A DNA stretch of 64,000 bases from NCBI GenBank assembly GCA_977017575.1, contig CDRNVI010000071.1, positions 62,001 to 126,000 of the forward strand. The letters run 5' to 3'. This DNA comes from Paramoeba atlantica (taxonomy: Eukaryota > Protista > Discosea). Both the position numbers and the translations under genes were made by a program. Below are positions 62,596 to 64,000 of this stretch, piece after piece (positions within the stretch are counted from its first letter, which is position 1; every line of letters starts with the position of its first letter). The notes below the pieces were generated by a model. It was not told where the DNA came from, did not search any database, and worked only from the letters and a program-made list of their open reading frames with translations.

Positions 62596-62690
62596 GTAGA
62601 TCCCGGGACTCGAACCCAGGTAGTCCAGTGGGTAAGACCTGACGTTCATAATCTGGTGGTCGCAGGTTCGACTCCCGGCGGTTATATTTT
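62596..62690. pseudogene. Back-to-back tRNA-like fragments (plus strand: A box, CAT anticodon loop, B box; minus strand: T-arm + acceptor 3' strand + T-run)
   Basis: Plus: TAGTCCAGTGGGTAAGAC..TTCATAA..GGTTCGACTCC..TTTT, but the acceptor stem does not pair. Minus: CTGGGTTCGAGTCCCGG GATCTAC GTTTT. Confidence 0.5.
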
Positions 62691-62949
62691 CAGCCATAGG
62701 CGACGCCGTTAGTGGGAATCAATTTGCGAAGCCGAATGGGGGGTATGGTGAGGGCCCGCGTGATCTAAAAATTACAAGAACGCACAAAAATGACACATTT
62801 TAGAGAAAGGACACGGTATGTTGAAAACCACTGTACAAAGGTTTGATGCTGGTTCATGGTTCATGAACCAGTTTCATTGGTTCATGAACCACCAAGGTAT
62901 GACTAAGGAGACTGTATCATCAATACCGGCCGTATTGCTTCTCCACAGA

Positions 62950-64000
62950 AAAAGCGGGCCGGGCGTCCCGTGAAGAAATGGAACAAGAAACGGCTTGGTT
63001 TGCTGATAGTTTGTATAGACAGTGGGGGGTTAAGCAAAACAGGAGTTTTCATGTTAAAATTCTACACAGTATCGGGACGTTCAAACAGGCCGATTTATGT
63101 TACATGTTCTCACTGCATCCGAGCACATGCAATCGTATACTACGACGAAGCGACGCAAATACCCGAATTGAATCAGTGCGTGACGCGCACGCCGCGTTGA
63201 TTGAATGGAAACACTACAAAAAAGCAAAGTCCTTACTTCCCAAGGTGATGTCACTGAATCCAGTGCATTGAACTTTAAATGCTCTTCAATGCACATATCT
63301 CAGTGTGGGTGGGGTGGAAATATCAAAGTACGTGCTACGGCATATGTTATAAATTTATTATCACAGTTTCAAGTTTCACAGTAAGGAGGGTACGCTTCTT
63401 TTAACTATGAAACAAAGAGAATCGCGGGTTGAATTCTGCAAGGCTCTTTTAGAAGAATCTTTGTCCGGGGGAATATTTTTTTGAAAAACTGGTTTTTGCT
63501 GATGAAGTTTATACAGTGTATCTTCGCTGGGGACCTTTCTCGGGGGGCATGGTAAAGTCCATTTGAGTAGAGAAAAGTCGCAGAAAAACGCATCACCCGA
63601 CCAAGTTTATGCTTTGGGGCGGCATATGCTGTATGCTTCAGGTCACATCATACATCACTGGTGTGATAATTTTGAAGACTTCTACCGCCGAGAGGCAGTT
63701 CGACCATTGTAAGACGGAGAAACTCGTGAAGTCCCTCCTCTCAATAGAAAGCTGGGAAGCCACTACTACAGACGGGAAATTTTAATACCACATTGGATTC
63801 CCTACTGCTCCAATCACCCAGATGCAGTTTATATGGATGATGGTGAACCCTCCCCGCATAGCAGTACGCACAATGCGATGGTGATCGAAAGCCTCATGTC
63901 GACGAATATCCTCGAGCTGCCTTCGCCAACATAAAGACATTTCTTTCTGTTCCATCCCCCCTAAGTGGCCTGCAGATTCTCCAGACCTCAATCCGATTTT
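62950..64000 (+). pseudogene. Decayed Tc1/mariner-superfamily transposase, truncated by the window end
   Basis: HTH-like QADLCYMFSLHPSTCNRIL; manual translation gives LVFADE, HPTKFMLWGGI, YMDDG, WPADSPDLNPI across stops and frameshifts. Confidence 0.75.

Noticed and set aside
62614-62686. Functional tRNA-Met gene
   Set aside because: Acceptor stem does not pair, and anticodon and T stems have mismatches; reported as tRNA-like only.

Overview
Eukaryotic nuclear DNA from a kinetoplastid, most likely a Perkinsela-like prokinetoplastid (inferred from a kinetoplastid-type rpL15, spliced-leader-like sequence and an LRR family; the taxon is not proven). About 25 intronless host genes all lie on the minus strand, as expected for one polycistronic unit. 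They include CDC20, VPS4, PP1, mitochondrial DnaJ, a RING-H2 ligase, rpL15, a Qc-SNARE, ISY1, a CX9C protein, an INCENP-like protein and about 9 members of an expanded LRR family. The window carries many nested mobile elements. (1) A 5.9-kb tyrosine-recombinase retrotransposon has Gag-YR-RT/RH order, identical 155-bp inverted termini and a 4-bp AAAG recombination core. (2) A 579-bp SINE-like insert sits inside its recombinase gene; its head looks like the spliced-leader (SL) RNA exon plus splice donor. (3) An intact 4.7-kb RLE non-LTR retrotransposon splits an LRR gene, starts with the identical 29-nt SL-like sequence and shares a 3' terminal structure with the SINE. (4) Five or more TA-flanked MITE families and decayed Tc1/mariner and ISL2EU/Harbinger transposases are present. 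The best candidate for an undescribed system is the SL-headed LINE/SINE pair. A recurring C-rich to G-rich strand switch inside genes is a second unexplained pattern.
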